Assembly: GCA_963745235.1 (NCBI GenBank)
Contig: CAVUXE010000035.1
Coordinates: forward strand, 160,001 to 224,000
Direction: 5' to 3'
DNA length: 64,000 bases
Origin: an uncultured Spirochaetota bacterium
GTDB taxonomy: Bacteria; Spirochaetota; Spirochaetia; SZUA-6; Fen-1364
The notes under the pieces are model-generated. The model was not told where the DNA came from. It saw only the letters and a list, made by a program, of their open reading frames with translations, and made no database searches. The position numbers and the translations under genes were made by a program. Below, one piece after another: positions 8,823 through 18,893 of this stretch (positions are counted from its first letter, which is position 1; each line of letters begins with the position of its first letter).

Positions 8823-9146
8823 GTGAAACCGATTCTCATGATTATCTCCAGCTCTCCTGACACGCCGGAAGCCCAGCAGGCGCTGGAATTGGCGCAAAGC
8901 TTGTTGGAGGCAGGAAACGAATTGGGTATCTTCTACCTTCAAGATGGCGTGTACCACGCCACGGGTCCGTGGGGCTCTCACGAGGTTCTCTCAAACGGGA
9001 CGGTGGTTCATTATTGCCTGCGGGAAGATCTGGAAATGAGAGGGTTCAAGGCGGATGATGTGGCTCATCCCGTCATGCTGTCGGACTATGACGATCTTGT
9101 GGACCTCATGATGGAAAGATCCGGGCAGACCCTCGGAGCTTTCTAA
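8823..9146 (+). CDS. DsrH/TusB-like protein
   Basis: YLQDGVY...LREDLEMRG...SDYDDLVDL; GTG after AGGAGG. Confidence 0.8.
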   Translation: MKPILMIISSSPDTPEAQQALELAQSLLEAGNELGIFYLQDGVYHATGPWGSHEVLSNGTVVHYCLREDLEMRGFKADDVAHPVMLSDYDDLVDLMMERSGQTLGAF

Positions 9147-9158
9147 GGGGCGTACGAG

Positions 9159-9319
9159 ATGACAGGCCAGGACGTAACAGGTTCGCGACCCGGTGCATCA
9201 ACGCAGGAGAGAGCTCGACGAGAAAGGCGCCATGCGAAACGCCCCTTTACAGCCGCTCGATCGAGGAGAAGCTTGCCAGCATCGCGGGCGTCGAAGCCGG
9301 CTCGGATACCATTGAATGA
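9159..9319 (+). pseudogene. Heavily deleted remnant of a Cys/Met-metabolism PLP enzyme (Met gamma-lyase / cystathionine gamma-synthase family)
   Basis: Frame from 9182 reads FATRCINAGE...TPLY...SIEEKLASIAGVEAG*; its TGA overlaps the next ATG. Confidence 0.55.
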
Positions 9320-9912
9320 AGCTTCGCCAAAGTGACATGCCTGAGGAAGCGTACTGGGAAACGCTTCTTGATGTGGACGGCATCCTGCAACGCCTTCGTA
9401 TCGGCAAAGAGCTGCAAGACGTTGTCGAGCTGGGCTGCGGCTATGGCACCTTCTCTCTCCCGGTCGCCGCATCAATCTCGGGTGCTCTTCGCGCATTCGA
9501 TATCGATGCGGCCATGGTAGGACGAACACGTCAACGCGCGGAGGAACGCGGGATACGTAATCTCCTCTGCGAGCAGCGCGACGTCTTCCACGACGGTTTT
9601 GGCGTTGACGCAGGTTCGCAGGATGCCTGTCTTCTTTTCAATATCCTTCACTGCGAACAGCCGGCCCGTATCCTGCAGGAAGCCGCCCGCGCCATCAGCG
9701 GGCAAGGGTCCGTGTTCGTCATCCACTGGCGCCACGACCCTGCAACGCCGCGGGGACCATCGCTTGACATCCGCCCTCGACCCGAAGATTGCATCCGATG
9801 GGCAGAAGCAGCGGGCCTTCAGCCGACCGAAAACGGTGCTGTCGACCTGCCGCCTTACCACTATGGACTTGTCCTGAAGAAGCTTACCGAGGTGTCAGGT
9901 CACACAGCATAG
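9316..9912 (+). CDS. Class I SAM-dependent methyltransferase
   Basis: VVELGCGYGTF motif I, LLFNILH, IHWRHD..TPRGP. Confidence 0.85.
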   Translation: MKLRQSDMPEEAYWETLLDVDGILQRLRIGKELQDVVELGCGYGTFSLPVAASISGALRAFDIDAAMVGRTRQRAEERGIRNLLCEQRDVFHDGFGVDAGSQDACLLFNILHCEQPARILQEAARAISGQGSVFVIHWRHDPATPRGPSLDIRPRPEDCIRWAEAAGLQPTENGAVDLPPYHYGLVLKKLTEVSGHTA

Positions 9913-9968
9913 AAGACCGCCTGTGACACAAAGCGTTGCACAGCGAGACCTGGATGTCGTCGCGCTGT

Positions 9969-11627
9969 TCACGTCCCGTTTGATCCCTTCAGCCTCCGAT
10001 AGCGGCGGATCAGCGCGTTGGTGGAGCTGTCGTGCGACAGGGCAGGGTCACTCCTGCTCTCGAGCTCGGGGACGATTTTCTTTGCCAGGACCTTGCCGAG
10101 CTCGACGCCCCACTGGTCGAAGGAGTCAATGCTCCAGATCGTCCCCTGCGTGAATACGCTGTGCTCGTACAGGGAAACCAGGAGCCCCAGTGTCTCCGGC
10201 GTCAACCGTTCGGCCAGGATAGTATTGGTGGGACGATTGCCCTCGAAGACCCGATGCGGCGCAAGAGTGCCGTCCGTTCCCTCGGCCTTGACTTCGTCTT
10301 CCGTCTTGCCGAATGCCAGCGCCTCTGTCTGCGCAAACAGATTTGCCATGAGGAGATCATGCTGGTTGCCCACCGGGTTCAAGGTCTTGCAGAAGCCGAT
10401 GAAATCGCACGGGATCAGCTTTGTCCCCTGATGGACGAGCTGATAGAAGGAGTGCTGGCCATTTGTGCCCGGTTCTCCCCAGTAAATGGGGGCCGTCTGA
10501 TAGCTGACGCCCCTGCCGTCAAGGGTGACATGCTTCCCGTTGCTCTCCATTGTCAGCTGCTGCAGGTACGCCGGGAATCGCTTGAGGTACTGGTCGTAGG
10601 GCAGCAGGGCGACGGTCTGGGCATCGAAGAAGTTGTTGTACCAGACCGTGAGCAGGCCCATGAGGACGGGAAGGTTCTTTTCGAATGGCGCCGCGCGGAA
10701 GTGGTCATCCATGGCACGAAAGCCGGAAAGCATCAACCGGAAGTTTTCCGGTCCGATTGCGATCATGGTCGACAGCCCGATGGCTGAGTCCATTGAGTAG
10801 CGCCCGCCCACCCAGTCCCAGAAGCCGAACATGTTTGCCGTGTCGATGCCGAACTTCGCCACCTCCTCCGCATTGGTGGAAACGGCGACAAAGTGCTTTC
10901 GCACGGCTTCCGCGCCGCCAAGCTTGCGCAGGCTCCACGCCCGGGCGGCATGCGCGTTGGTCAACGTTTCCAGGGTCGTGAAAGTCTTTGAGCAGATGAT
11001 GAACAGGGTCTCTTCAGGATCCAGGTCGCGCACTGTTTCAGAAAAGTCAGTGCCATCAACGTTGGAGACAAAGCGGAAGCTCATGTCCCGCCGGCTGTAG
11101 TGACGGAGGGCCTCGTAGGCCATCACGGGGCCAAGGTCCGACCCGCCTATCCCGATATTGACAACGTTGCGGATGCGCTTCCCCGTGTGTCCGCGCCACG
11201 CTCCGTCGCGCACCTGGTCGGCGAAGTCCGCCATCCCGTCAAGCACTGCCCGCACCTCGGGAACCACGTCCACGCCGTCCACCACAATCCGCTCGCCCTC
11301 CCGCGCCCGCAAGGCGGTGTGAAGGACGGCGCGCTTTTCCGTCACGTTGATCTTCTCTCCGCTGAACATCGCTTCCGTGCGCGCGCGAAGGCCGGACTCC
11401 TCCGCAAGTTGCAGCAGCAGCCGGATGGTCTCATCAGTCACCCGGTTCTTGGAGTAGTCGAGGTAGATACCGGCGGCTTCGACCGTGAAGCGCTCGCCTC
11501 GCCGGGGATCTTCCGCAAAGAGCTCGCGCAGGTGCAGCGTTCGCATCTTCCTGGAGTGCGCTTCCAGCGCCTTCCACGCCGGGCGTTCGGTGAGCGGCTG
11601 TATGGGTGCGGATGAGTTGCGGGTCAC
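9969..11627 (-). CDS. pgi: Glucose-6-phosphate isomerase
   Basis: [48 protein letters not shown]; GTG 11627 after GGAGG. Confidence 0.97.
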   Translation of the reverse strand: MTRNSSAPIQPLTERPAWKALEAHSRKMRTLHLRELFAEDPRRGERFTVEAAGIYLDYSKNRVTDETIRLLLQLAEESGLRARTEAMFSGEKINVTEKRAVLHTALRAREGERIVVDGVDVVPEVRAVLDGMADFADQVRDGAWRGHTGKRIRNVVNIGIGGSDLGPVMAYEALRHYSRRDMSFRFVSNVDGTDFSETVRDLDPEETLFIICSKTFTTLETLTNAHAARAWSLRKLGGAEAVRKHFVAVSTNAEEVAKFGIDTANMFGFWDWVGGRYSMDSAIGLSTMIAIGPENFRLMLSGFRAMDDHFRAAPFEKNLPVLMGLLTVWYNNFFDAQTVALLPYDQYLKRFPAYLQQLTMESNGKHVTLDGRGVSYQTAPIYWGEPGTNGQHSFYQLVHQGTKLIPCDFIGFCKTLNPVGNQHDLLMANLFAQTEALAFGKTEDEVKAEGTDGTLAPHRVFEGNRPTNTILAERLTPETLGLLVSLYEHSVFTQGTIWSIDSFDQWGVELGKVLAKKIVPELESRSDPALSHDSSTNALIRRYRRLKGSNGT

Positions 11628-11816
11628 GGTCACCTCCTCCGGGCCTCCCACCAGGCCCGCTGTCCAGACACAATCTATTGCACAAAAGGTGCCTGCGTCA
11701 AAGCTCGTCAACTGATATTTCAGCCGCCGGCGCCAGCCGTCAGCCGCCCGCCTCCGGCGCTTGCCCGAGGATGTTGCAATTTATGATATTCGGCCCTACA
11801 GAGGAAAGGAGACGCA

Positions 11817-12299
11817 ATGTACAAGACGAAGAACGATCTGCCGGAGAAAGTTCGAGCCGAGATGGTGACGCTTCTGCAGCAGCGGCTCGCTGACTGTATT
11901 GACCTCGTGACACAGGCCAAGCAGGCCCACTGGAACGTCAAGGGACCGAGCTTCATCGCGCTGCATGAGTTGTTCGACGAGGTCTATGCCCACGCGGGTG
12001 ACTCCGCTGACCTGATCGCGGAGCGAATCGTCCAGCTTGGCGCTGTTGCCGAGGGCACCGCGCGTATCGCGGCAAAGCGGTCCGGGCTGGCAGAGTACCC
12101 TCTTGAGATTGCAAACGGCAAAGATCATGTCGAGGCGTTGTCTCGCGCCCTGGCCTACACGGCTGAGAGCATCCGCAGCTCGATCGACCGGGCGGACGAG
12201 ATGGGGGACAAAGGCACGGCCGACATTTTCACGGAGATTGTGAGGAGCCTCGACAAGGACCTGTGGTTTGTCGAGGCGCACCTCCAGGCCGAGCGATAG
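11817..12299 (+). CDS. dps: DNA starvation/stationary-phase protection protein
   Basis: KQAHWNVKGPSFIALHELFDE...DLIAERI...DKDLWF ferroxidase motifs. Confidence 0.95.
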   Translation: MYKTKNDLPEKVRAEMVTLLQQRLADCIDLVTQAKQAHWNVKGPSFIALHELFDEVYAHAGDSADLIAERIVQLGAVAEGTARIAAKRSGLAEYPLEIANGKDHVEALSRALAYTAESIRSSIDRADEMGDKGTADIFTEIVRSLDKDLWFVEAHLQAER

Positions 12300-12403
12300 C
12301 CCCCGGGCAGGCGCCGTGCGGGTTCCCCGAAAATCGCCAGGCCGCGGCAGGGAGTGCAGGCGCCGTGGCGCCTCCGGCGGACCGGGGCGCGCGCTCGCGG
12401 ATC

Positions 12404-13357
12404 TCATTTCTTTCGCCGGGACAGGACCGCGGCCAGGATGATGAGACCCTTGATGATCTGCTGGTAGTAGGATTGGACGTTGTACTGGTTGAGGAGGTTG
12501 TCGATGACTCCCAGGATGAGCACTCCCCAGAACGTCCCGATGGCCCCTCCTCCGCCCCCGCCCAGGATGCCGCCGCCGATGACCACAGCCGCGATGGCAT
12601 CCAGCTCAAAGCCCGCACCGAAGCTGGGCTGCGCAATTCCCAGCCGGGAGGAAAGGAGGACTCCTGCCATCGCCGCGAAGAACCCGCACAGGATGTAGGC
12701 AAGGAGCAGGTGTCCCTTGACGTTGATGCCGGCAAGCCGCACGGCTTCCTCGTTGCCGCCGATGGCAACGACGGCCCTGCCCGGAATTGTCCGGTTCAGG
12801 AAGACCCAGATGACGAAGAAGCAGATCACCATGATGACCGACGCGGTGGGCACGGGGCCAATGAATCCGCCGCCAAGAAGCGCTCGGAACGCAGGGTCCA
12901 CCGGTGTCTGCGGGGTTTCCGAGAAGACGTACGTCACGCCTCGAACCACACCCATGGTCGCAAGGGTGACGATGAAAGGCTGCAGCTTGAACCGCGCGAT
13001 AAAGAAGCCGTTTGCAGTGCCAACTGCTATCCCTGCCACGAGGGCCACCAGGATGGCCGCCGGCATGGGCATCTGTTTCTGGAGGCCCGTGGCCATGATC
13101 CCGCACAGCGCGACGGTGGAGCCCACCGACAGGTCGACGCCTCCGGTGAGGATCACCACCAGCATGCCGATGCTGATGAGGCCGTTGGTGACGATCTGGC
13201 GAGAGATGTTGATGAGGTTCCTGGAGGTGAAGAAGGTCTCAGAGACCAGCGAGCTGATGAGGATCAGCACGACGAAGATCCCGACAAAAGCGAAATCCGA
13301 CCAGCGGATCCTCGCCGTTTCCCGCATCCTGTCGACAAATGGAACCGCAGCCTTCAT
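12404..13357 (-). CDS. Sugar ABC transporter permease (RbsC-like, CUT2)
   Basis: ILTGGVDLSVGS, FIVTLAT, AIGGNEEAVRLAGI, FELDAIAAVVIGG. Confidence 0.93.
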   Translation of the reverse strand: MKAAVPFVDRMRETARIRWSDFAFVGIFVVLILISSLVSETFFTSRNLINISRQIVTNGLISIGMLVVILTGGVDLSVGSTVALCGIMATGLQKQMPMPAAILVALVAGIAVGTANGFFIARFKLQPFIVTLATMGVVRGVTYVFSETPQTPVDPAFRALLGGGFIGPVPTASVIMVICFFVIWVFLNRTIPGRAVVAIGGNEEAVRLAGINVKGHLLLAYILCGFFAAMAGVLLSSRLGIAQPSFGAGFELDAIAAVVIGGGILGGGGGGAIGTFWGVLILGVIDNLLNQYNVQSYYQQIIKGLIILAAVLSRRKK

Positions 13358-14868
13358 GTTTGTCCCCCGCTGTTGATCACGCCTGCCGCGCGCTGGAGCA
13401 GTATTTCCTCGTTCGCTTCTGCGCGGTCCAGGTTTCCTACGAGCCTGCCTTCCCGCATGACGAGAATCCGGTCACTCATTCCCAGGACCTCGGGCATCTC
13501 TGATGAGATGAGCAGCACGCCCACTCCTGTTTCGACCAGGCTGTTGATGAGGTGGTAGATTTCCACCTTCGCGCCGATGTCCACCCCGCGGGTGGGCTCG
13601 TCAAGGAGAAGCACCTTGGGCTGCGAAAGGAGCCACTTGGCAAGCACCACCTTCTGCTGGTTTCCTCCGCTCAACGTCCGCACGGATCTGCCGAGAGCCG
13701 CCGTCCGCACGGCCAGCGCATCCACCTTTTCCTGCACAAGGACCGTCTGCCGCGCGGTGTCCAGGAACATGCCGTGGCCCATGCGGGGAAGGGAGGCAAG
13801 GCTCACGTTGTCGCGGACCGAGCAGCTCATCACCAGGCCGTCCCGCTTGCGGTCCTCCGTCACCAGGGAGACCCCCGCGTTCACCGCGTCCCGGGGGGAC
13901 CGCAGCCGCACGGGCTTCCCCTGGACGCTGATGCGTCCCGAGGTTGCCGGCTCCGCGCCGAAGATGCTCCTCGCAACCGCTGTCCTCCCGCTTCCGACGA
14001 GCCCGAACATGCCAACCACCTCACCGCGGCGCACGGAGAAGGTGACTTTTTGAAACTCTCCCTCCCGGCCCAGGTCCTCGACGCAAAGCACCTCTTCTCC
14101 CGGGGGCACGGAGCGCCGGGGATAGATCTCCTCCACCGACCGTCCCACCATCATCCTGATCAGGTCATCCTGGCTCACGGATACGGTGGGCACCGTGCCC
14201 ACCACCTCGCCGTCACGAAGCACCGTGATGCGGTCAGCGATCTCGAAAACCTCTTCCAGGCGATGGGAGATGTACAGCACGAGCGTGCCCTCCGCCTTCA
14301 GGCGGCGGATGAGGGAGAAAAGAAGGGCCAGCTCGTCCTTGGAGAGCACCGCGGAGGGCTCGTCAAGGATGAGAATCCTCGGCTTCTCCGCCAGCGCCTT
14401 GGCGATCTCCACGACCTGCTGGTGGGATACGCTGAGCCGCGAGACCCGTGTGCGCGCGTCCAGCGCGGTGAACCCCAGGCCGCTGAGGATTGTGCGGGCC
14501 TGGGAGCGCGCCTGGCGCCAGTGGACCCAGAGGCCGCCGCTGTTCGGCAGCCTTCCCATGAGGATGTTCTCCGCGATGGTCAGGTGCGGCACGAGGCTGA
14601 ACTCCTGGTGGACGGCCCGAATGCCCAGCCTGTTCGCCTGGTGGGGAGTGCTCATTGTCACGGGCGCTCCGCCGATCACGATCCTCCCGGAATCCGGAGT
14701 GACTGCTCCCGAGAGGACATTCATCAGGGTCGACTTGCCCGCGCCGTTCTCTCCGACAAGGGCGTGGATCTCCCCGATGGATGCGGACATGCTCACGTCC
14801 CGGAGGGCCACGGTGCCTCCGAATCTTTTGTAGATGCTCTGCATGGACAAGAAGCAATCACTGCTCAT
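13354..14868 (-). CDS. Sugar ABC transporter ATP-binding protein (RbsA-like, two NBDs)
   Basis: GENGAGKST, ILDEP, GLVGSGRT, EDRKRDG, LSGGNQQKV, LDEPTRGVDIGAK. Confidence 0.95.
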   Translation of the reverse strand: MSSDCFLSMQSIYKRFGGTVALRDVSMSASIGEIHALVGENGAGKSTLMNVLSGAVTPDSGRIVIGGAPVTMSTPHQANRLGIRAVHQEFSLVPHLTIAENILMGRLPNSGGLWVHWRQARSQARTILSGLGFTALDARTRVSRLSVSHQQVVEIAKALAEKPRILILDEPSAVLSKDELALLFSLIRRLKAEGTLVLYISHRLEEVFEIADRITVLRDGEVVGTVPTVSVSQDDLIRMMVGRSVEEIYPRRSVPPGEEVLCVEDLGREGEFQKVTFSVRRGEVVGMFGLVGSGRTAVARSIFGAEPATSGRISVQGKPVRLRSPRDAVNAGVSLVTEDRKRDGLVMSCSVRDNVSLASLPRMGHGMFLDTARQTVLVQEKVDALAVRTAALGRSVRTLSGGNQQKVVLAKWLLSQPKVLLLDEPTRGVDIGAKVEIYHLINSLVETGVGVLLISSEMPEVLGMSDRILVMREGRLVGNLDRAEANEEILLQRAAGVINSGGQT

Positions 14869-16313
14869 AGGGGTGGCGCGGGGAATGCATTATGGACAAG
14901 GATCACCTTCTGCTCGGTCATCTCGTCAAGCGTATCATGAAGCCCCTCGCGGCCGTACCCGCTCATCTTGGTCCCGCCGAAGGGAAGGTTCTCCGAGCGG
15001 AGGGCCGAGGACCAGTTCACGATGACCCCTCCCACCTCGAGCCGGTCCGCAATCGTGAGGGCACGGGAGATATCACTCGTGAAGACGGCCGCCTGAAGAC
15101 CGAATGAGCTGTCATTTGCCATGGTCACTGCCTCAGCCTCGGTGGAGAAGGGGACCACGGGAGCGACGGGACCGAACGTCTCTTCCCTGAAGAGCGGAAC
15201 GGAGCTGGGCACGTCCGCGAGCACCGTTGGCGTCACGAAGGATCCGCGTCTCTGCCCGCCGAAGAGCAGCCGAGCGCCGGCTTTCACCGCCTCCACGGTG
15301 GCGGCCTCCACTTTCCGGGCGGCTTCCTCGCTGATCAGGGGGCCTACGTCCGTCTCCTCCCGCAGCTGGTCTCCCACGCAAAGCGTCCTTGCCCTGGCGG
15401 AAAGCCGCTCGCAGAAATCTCCGTAGACCCGTCGATCCACGAAGACCCTCTTCACTGCGCAGCAGATCTGGCCGTTGCCCCGGGCCAGGCGGCCCAGGAC
15501 CACGGCCTCCGCCGCTTTCTCCAGGTCCGCGTCCGCGCAGACGATGGTGGCGTCATTCCCTCCGAGCTCGAGGTGGACCTTCTTCAGCGTTTCCGCGCCG
15601 AGCTGTGCCAGACGGATCCCCACCGCCGTGCTCCCCGTGACCGAGACCATGCGCACCACCGGGCTGCGGGCCAGCAGCTCTCCGACCTGCTCCCCCGGCC
15701 CCGTTACCATCTGGTGAGCTCCGCGGGGAAGACCTGCGTCTTCCAGGATGCCGGCGATTTTCAGGAGAGTGAGGGGGCAGGCGCTGGGAGGTTTCGCAAT
15801 CACGGCGTTGCCGGCGGCAAGGGCGGGAGCGGCCTTGTGCGCATACAGCTCCACCGGATAGTTGAAAGGAACGATGGCAGCGATGACGCCCAGCGGCTGG
15901 CGAACGGTCATGGCGAAATGCCTTTCATTGCCGGGCACCGCGTCCATGGGAATCATGCGGCCGAAGATGCGCCTGCCTTCCTCCGCAAACCCCCGGAAGA
16001 TCCGAGCCGTGACGTCCACCTCGTCCCTGGTCTGGCGGATCGGCTTGCCGTTCTCCCGGGCCAGGAGCGTTGCAAGCTCCTCCCTGCGGTCATGGATGAC
16101 ATCCGCGGCCGCGGCCAGGATGGCGGACCGCTTGTGCGCGGGCAGAGCCCGCATGCGCCCGCTGCCCTCCACCGCCGCCTGCAGGGCGCGCTGCACGTCC
16201 GCCGCCGCGGCAACGGGGACGGTGTCGATGGCTTCCGCGGTCCCGGGGTTGCTGACTGTTTGAGTCTTTCCATCTCCAGCGGCCACCCACTGGCCGTCGA
16301 TGAGCATTTTCAT
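14865..16313 (-). CDS. Aldehyde dehydrogenase
   Basis: PFNYP, TGSTAVG, LELGGND, GQICC (catalytic Cys), EETFGPV, PFGG. Confidence 0.93.
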   Translation of the reverse strand: MKMLIDGQWVAAGDGKTQTVSNPGTAEAIDTVPVAAAADVQRALQAAVEGSGRMRALPAHKRSAILAAAADVIHDRREELATLLARENGKPIRQTRDEVDVTARIFRGFAEEGRRIFGRMIPMDAVPGNERHFAMTVRQPLGVIAAIVPFNYPVELYAHKAAPALAAGNAVIAKPPSACPLTLLKIAGILEDAGLPRGAHQMVTGPGEQVGELLARSPVVRMVSVTGSTAVGIRLAQLGAETLKKVHLELGGNDATIVCADADLEKAAEAVVLGRLARGNGQICCAVKRVFVDRRVYGDFCERLSARARTLCVGDQLREETDVGPLISEEAARKVEAATVEAVKAGARLLFGGQRRGSFVTPTVLADVPSSVPLFREETFGPVAPVVPFSTEAEAVTMANDSSFGLQAAVFTSDISRALTIADRLEVGGVIVNWSSALRSENLPFGGTKMSGYGREGLHDTLDEMTEQKVILVHNAFPAPPL

Positions 16314-16332
16314 GTGTGATCTCCGGAAAGGA

Positions 16333-16360
16333 CCCCGGCCTCTGAGCGCAGAGGCCGGGG
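16333..16360. other. Intercistronic 12-bp stem-loop after the binding-protein gene
   Basis: CCCCGGCCTCTG-agcg-CAGAGGCCGGGG; typical mRNA-stabilising or partial-termination hairpin. Confidence 0.7.
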
Positions 16361-16367
16361 AAAGATG

Positions 16368-17321
16368 CTAAAACACGCTCTCTGGAATGTAGAACCTGGC
16401 CACGTTGTCGATCGTGATCAGAGGCGACGGCAGAACGGTGTCCTTCTCCGACTGCGCGCCCGCCAGGAGAGCCATGAGCCGGGTGAATCCGGCGCGGCCT
16501 ATCTGGTCAGAGCTGTTCAGCCCCGTCGCGGCGTAGTTCGTCTTTTTCATGATCTGTTCCAGTGCAGCCTTCTCGCCGTCCACCCCGCAGATGAAGATCT
16601 GGCTGGTCCGGCCGGCATCACCTATGGCCTTCTGGGCGCCCAGCGCCATGGAGTCATTCTCCGCGAATACGGCGTCAATCTGGTTGTACTTTGCAAGCAA
16701 GTCCTCCATGAGCTTGAACCCGCCGTCTGAGCTCCAGCCGCCGAAGTTGGGCGCCATGACGACCTCTATCTTGCTCTTCTTCACTTCGGAGAGCATGCCG
16801 TTGGTGCGGTCAAGGCCGATGGAGTTGTCGGCAGGCCCCCCGCGCAGCACCACAAGGCGGCCCTTGCCGCCCAGCCGCTTCACGATGTACTCCCCGTCCT
16901 GCTTTCCGATGGCAAGGTTGTCCGGGCCCACCCAGCTCGTGTAGTCCCCGCCTTTGAGCTTGCGGTCGACCAGGACCACGGGCACTCCCGCCTTCTTGAT
17001 TGCGTCCAGAGCCTCTGGAGCCGCCTCGAGCCAGGCGGCGCTTATGATGAGCCCGCTCACGTTCTGCGCAAGCACGTCTTCGACATCCGAGGTCAGCTTC
17101 TGCGCGTCCCCCTTCGCATCAGTGGTGACGAGCTTGATGTTGCCGAAGTGCTCACACTCCTGTTTCACCGCCTGCGACATGCCGATGAAATACGGGCTCG
17201 TGAGCGCCAGGTTCACCATGCCGATCTTGATCTGGCCTTTCCCCTGCGCTGCCGCGGAAGTGGCGGAAAATGCCAGGGCAACCGCGCAAAGAATGAACAC
17301 CAGGAACCGGAGCTTTTTCAT
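16368..17321 (-). CDS. Sugar ABC transporter substrate-binding protein (RbsB-like)
   Basis: Signal peptide MKKLRFLVFILCAVALAFSATSAAA, PVVLVDR, VFAENDSMALGA, GVDG; RBS GGGAGGAG. Confidence 0.93.
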   Translation of the reverse strand: MKKLRFLVFILCAVALAFSATSAAAQGKGQIKIGMVNLALTSPYFIGMSQAVKQECEHFGNIKLVTTDAKGDAQKLTSDVEDVLAQNVSGLIISAAWLEAAPEALDAIKKAGVPVVLVDRKLKGGDYTSWVGPDNLAIGKQDGEYIVKRLGGKGRLVVLRGGPADNSIGLDRTNGMLSEVKKSKIEVVMAPNFGGWSSDGGFKLMEDLLAKYNQIDAVFAENDSMALGAQKAIGDAGRTSQIFICGVDGEKAALEQIMKKTNYAATGLNSSDQIGRAGFTRLMALLAGAQSEKDTVLPSPLITIDNVARFYIPESVF

Positions 17322-17385
17322 ATGTCTCCTCCCTTTCGGTTGAGAGATGGGGCCGGAAGACTTCCAGCCTTGGCCCTCACGAGCA

Positions 17386-17402
17386 TGCATGCTCCGTGCC
17401 AA
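17386..17402 (-). promoter_or_regulatory. sigma54 (-24/-12) promoter of the ABC operon
   Basis: TTGGCACGGAGCATGCA = TGGCAC-N5-ATGC, with exact GG-N10-GC spacing. Confidence 0.8.
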
Positions 17403-17551
17403 GGCGGAGGGTCGACAGAAAGCCGGTCGGTGTGTTTTGCAACTTATTGTATCACAGCAGGTTATGCGACGGAATGGAAGAAGCGTTGACAGCTGCATCC
17501 AGCCGCGGATATAGTGAATGTGTAGAATTTACCCAATTCGCGGGAGTCGGC

Positions 17552-18893
17552 TTGAGTAATAATCACGAGCAGCGCGCCGCATCCAATCTGCTCATTGTGG
17601 ACGACAAGGTGAAGCTTTGCCGGAGCCTTGCCCGCAATTTCGAGCACGTGGGGTTTACCACATCCATTGCCACAACGGGGCAGGAAGCCGTTGCGCGGTT
17701 CTCGGCCGCCCGGATGGACGCGGTGCTTCTGGACATCATGCTCGGGGAGGAAAGCGGCATCGACATCCTCACGAAGCTTCTCGCCGTGGACAAGAATGTC
17801 CCCGTGATCATGATCACCGGCTACGCCTCGGTGGACAGCGCGGTGCAATCTCTGAAGCTCGGCGCGTTCGACTACGTGAAGAAGCCGCTGGACTTCGAGG
17901 AGCTCCTGAAGACCGTGGAGAAAGCGTGCGAGTTCTCCCGCCTGCGGGAGGAGAACAGCAAGCTGCGGTCCCGGCTCAAGGAGCTGTCAGCAACCATCGT
18001 TACCCGGGATGCCCGCATGGGGGCACTGATCCGCAAGGTGGAAAAGCTTGCCGCCACCGACCTTCCGCTGCTGATCTGTGGAGAGAGCGGGACGGGGAAA
18101 GAGGTCCTGGCTGACTACGCGCATTCGGCGTCCGCGCGAAGCGCCGCGGCCATGGTGAAGATCAACTGCGTCGCCTTCCCCGAGACGCTTCTCGACAACG
18201 AGCTCTTCGGCCATGAGAAGGGCGCGTACACGGGGGCGGATTCCGTTTTCAAGGGCCTGTTCGAGAAAGCAGACGGGAGCACCCTCTTTCTTGATGAGAT
18301 CGGCGACATGCCGCTCGGCATCCAGGCCAAAATCCTCAGGACGCTGCAGAACAACGAGATCAGGCGGCTGGGAGGAAATGACACCATTCGAGTGAACGTG
18401 CGCTTCATTGCCGCGACGAACAAGGACCTCGCGGAGCTGATCAGGAAGGGCCAGTTCCGGGAGGACCTTTTCTACCGGCTGAACGCCGCGGTTCTTTCCA
18501 TCCCCTCTCTCAGGGAACGCCGCGACGACATCCCGCTCCTCGTGGAGCATTTCCTTCGCGGCTATCCCGTCGCGCAAGGATGTGACCGCCGAGGTGATGG
18601 AAAAGTTCCTCCCGTACGACTGGCCCGGAAACGTTCGGGAGCTGAAGAACGTGGTCAACTACGCGGCGGCAATGTCCTCGGGAGACAGCATCGGGATCGA
18701 GGACCTTCCGGTGCATTTCCTGGAAGGCACGCGCGCCGCGGCCGGCGGGAATATCCGCGAGGACATGGAGAGGGCCCTCATCCTCAAGGTCCTGCAGAGC
18801 ACCAAGTACAACCGTTCGAAGACCGCCGAGCTCCTGATCATGAGCCGCAAGACCCTCTACACCAAGATGGCGAAGTATGGTCTCAACTCCTGA
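17552..18893 (+). CDS. sigma54-dependent response regulator (NtrC family; REC-AAA+-Fis HTH), frameshifted at ~18570
   Basis: LLIVDD, VLLDIML, GESGTGKE, ELFGHEKGAYTGA, LFLDEIGD, FREDLFYRL; WPGNVREL and the HTH lie in another frame (18582-18893). Confidence 0.9.

Noticed and set aside
8074-9146. dsrEFH as evidence for dissimilatory sulfur oxidation
   Set aside because: No dsrAB, dsrC or dsrMKJOP in the window; DsrE-family triads also occur in non-dissimilatory sulfur relays
12263-14940. Long antisense ORFs (431 aa and 462 aa), and similar ones at 19222, 22999, 25617, 29566 and 35767
   Set aside because: Shadows of real genes caused by high GC3; no motifs or RBS
18196-18240. GAYTGA instead of GAFTGA as a sign of a sigma54-independent activator
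   Set aside because: F->Y is a naturally occurring variant, and a well-spaced -24/-12 site lies adjacent
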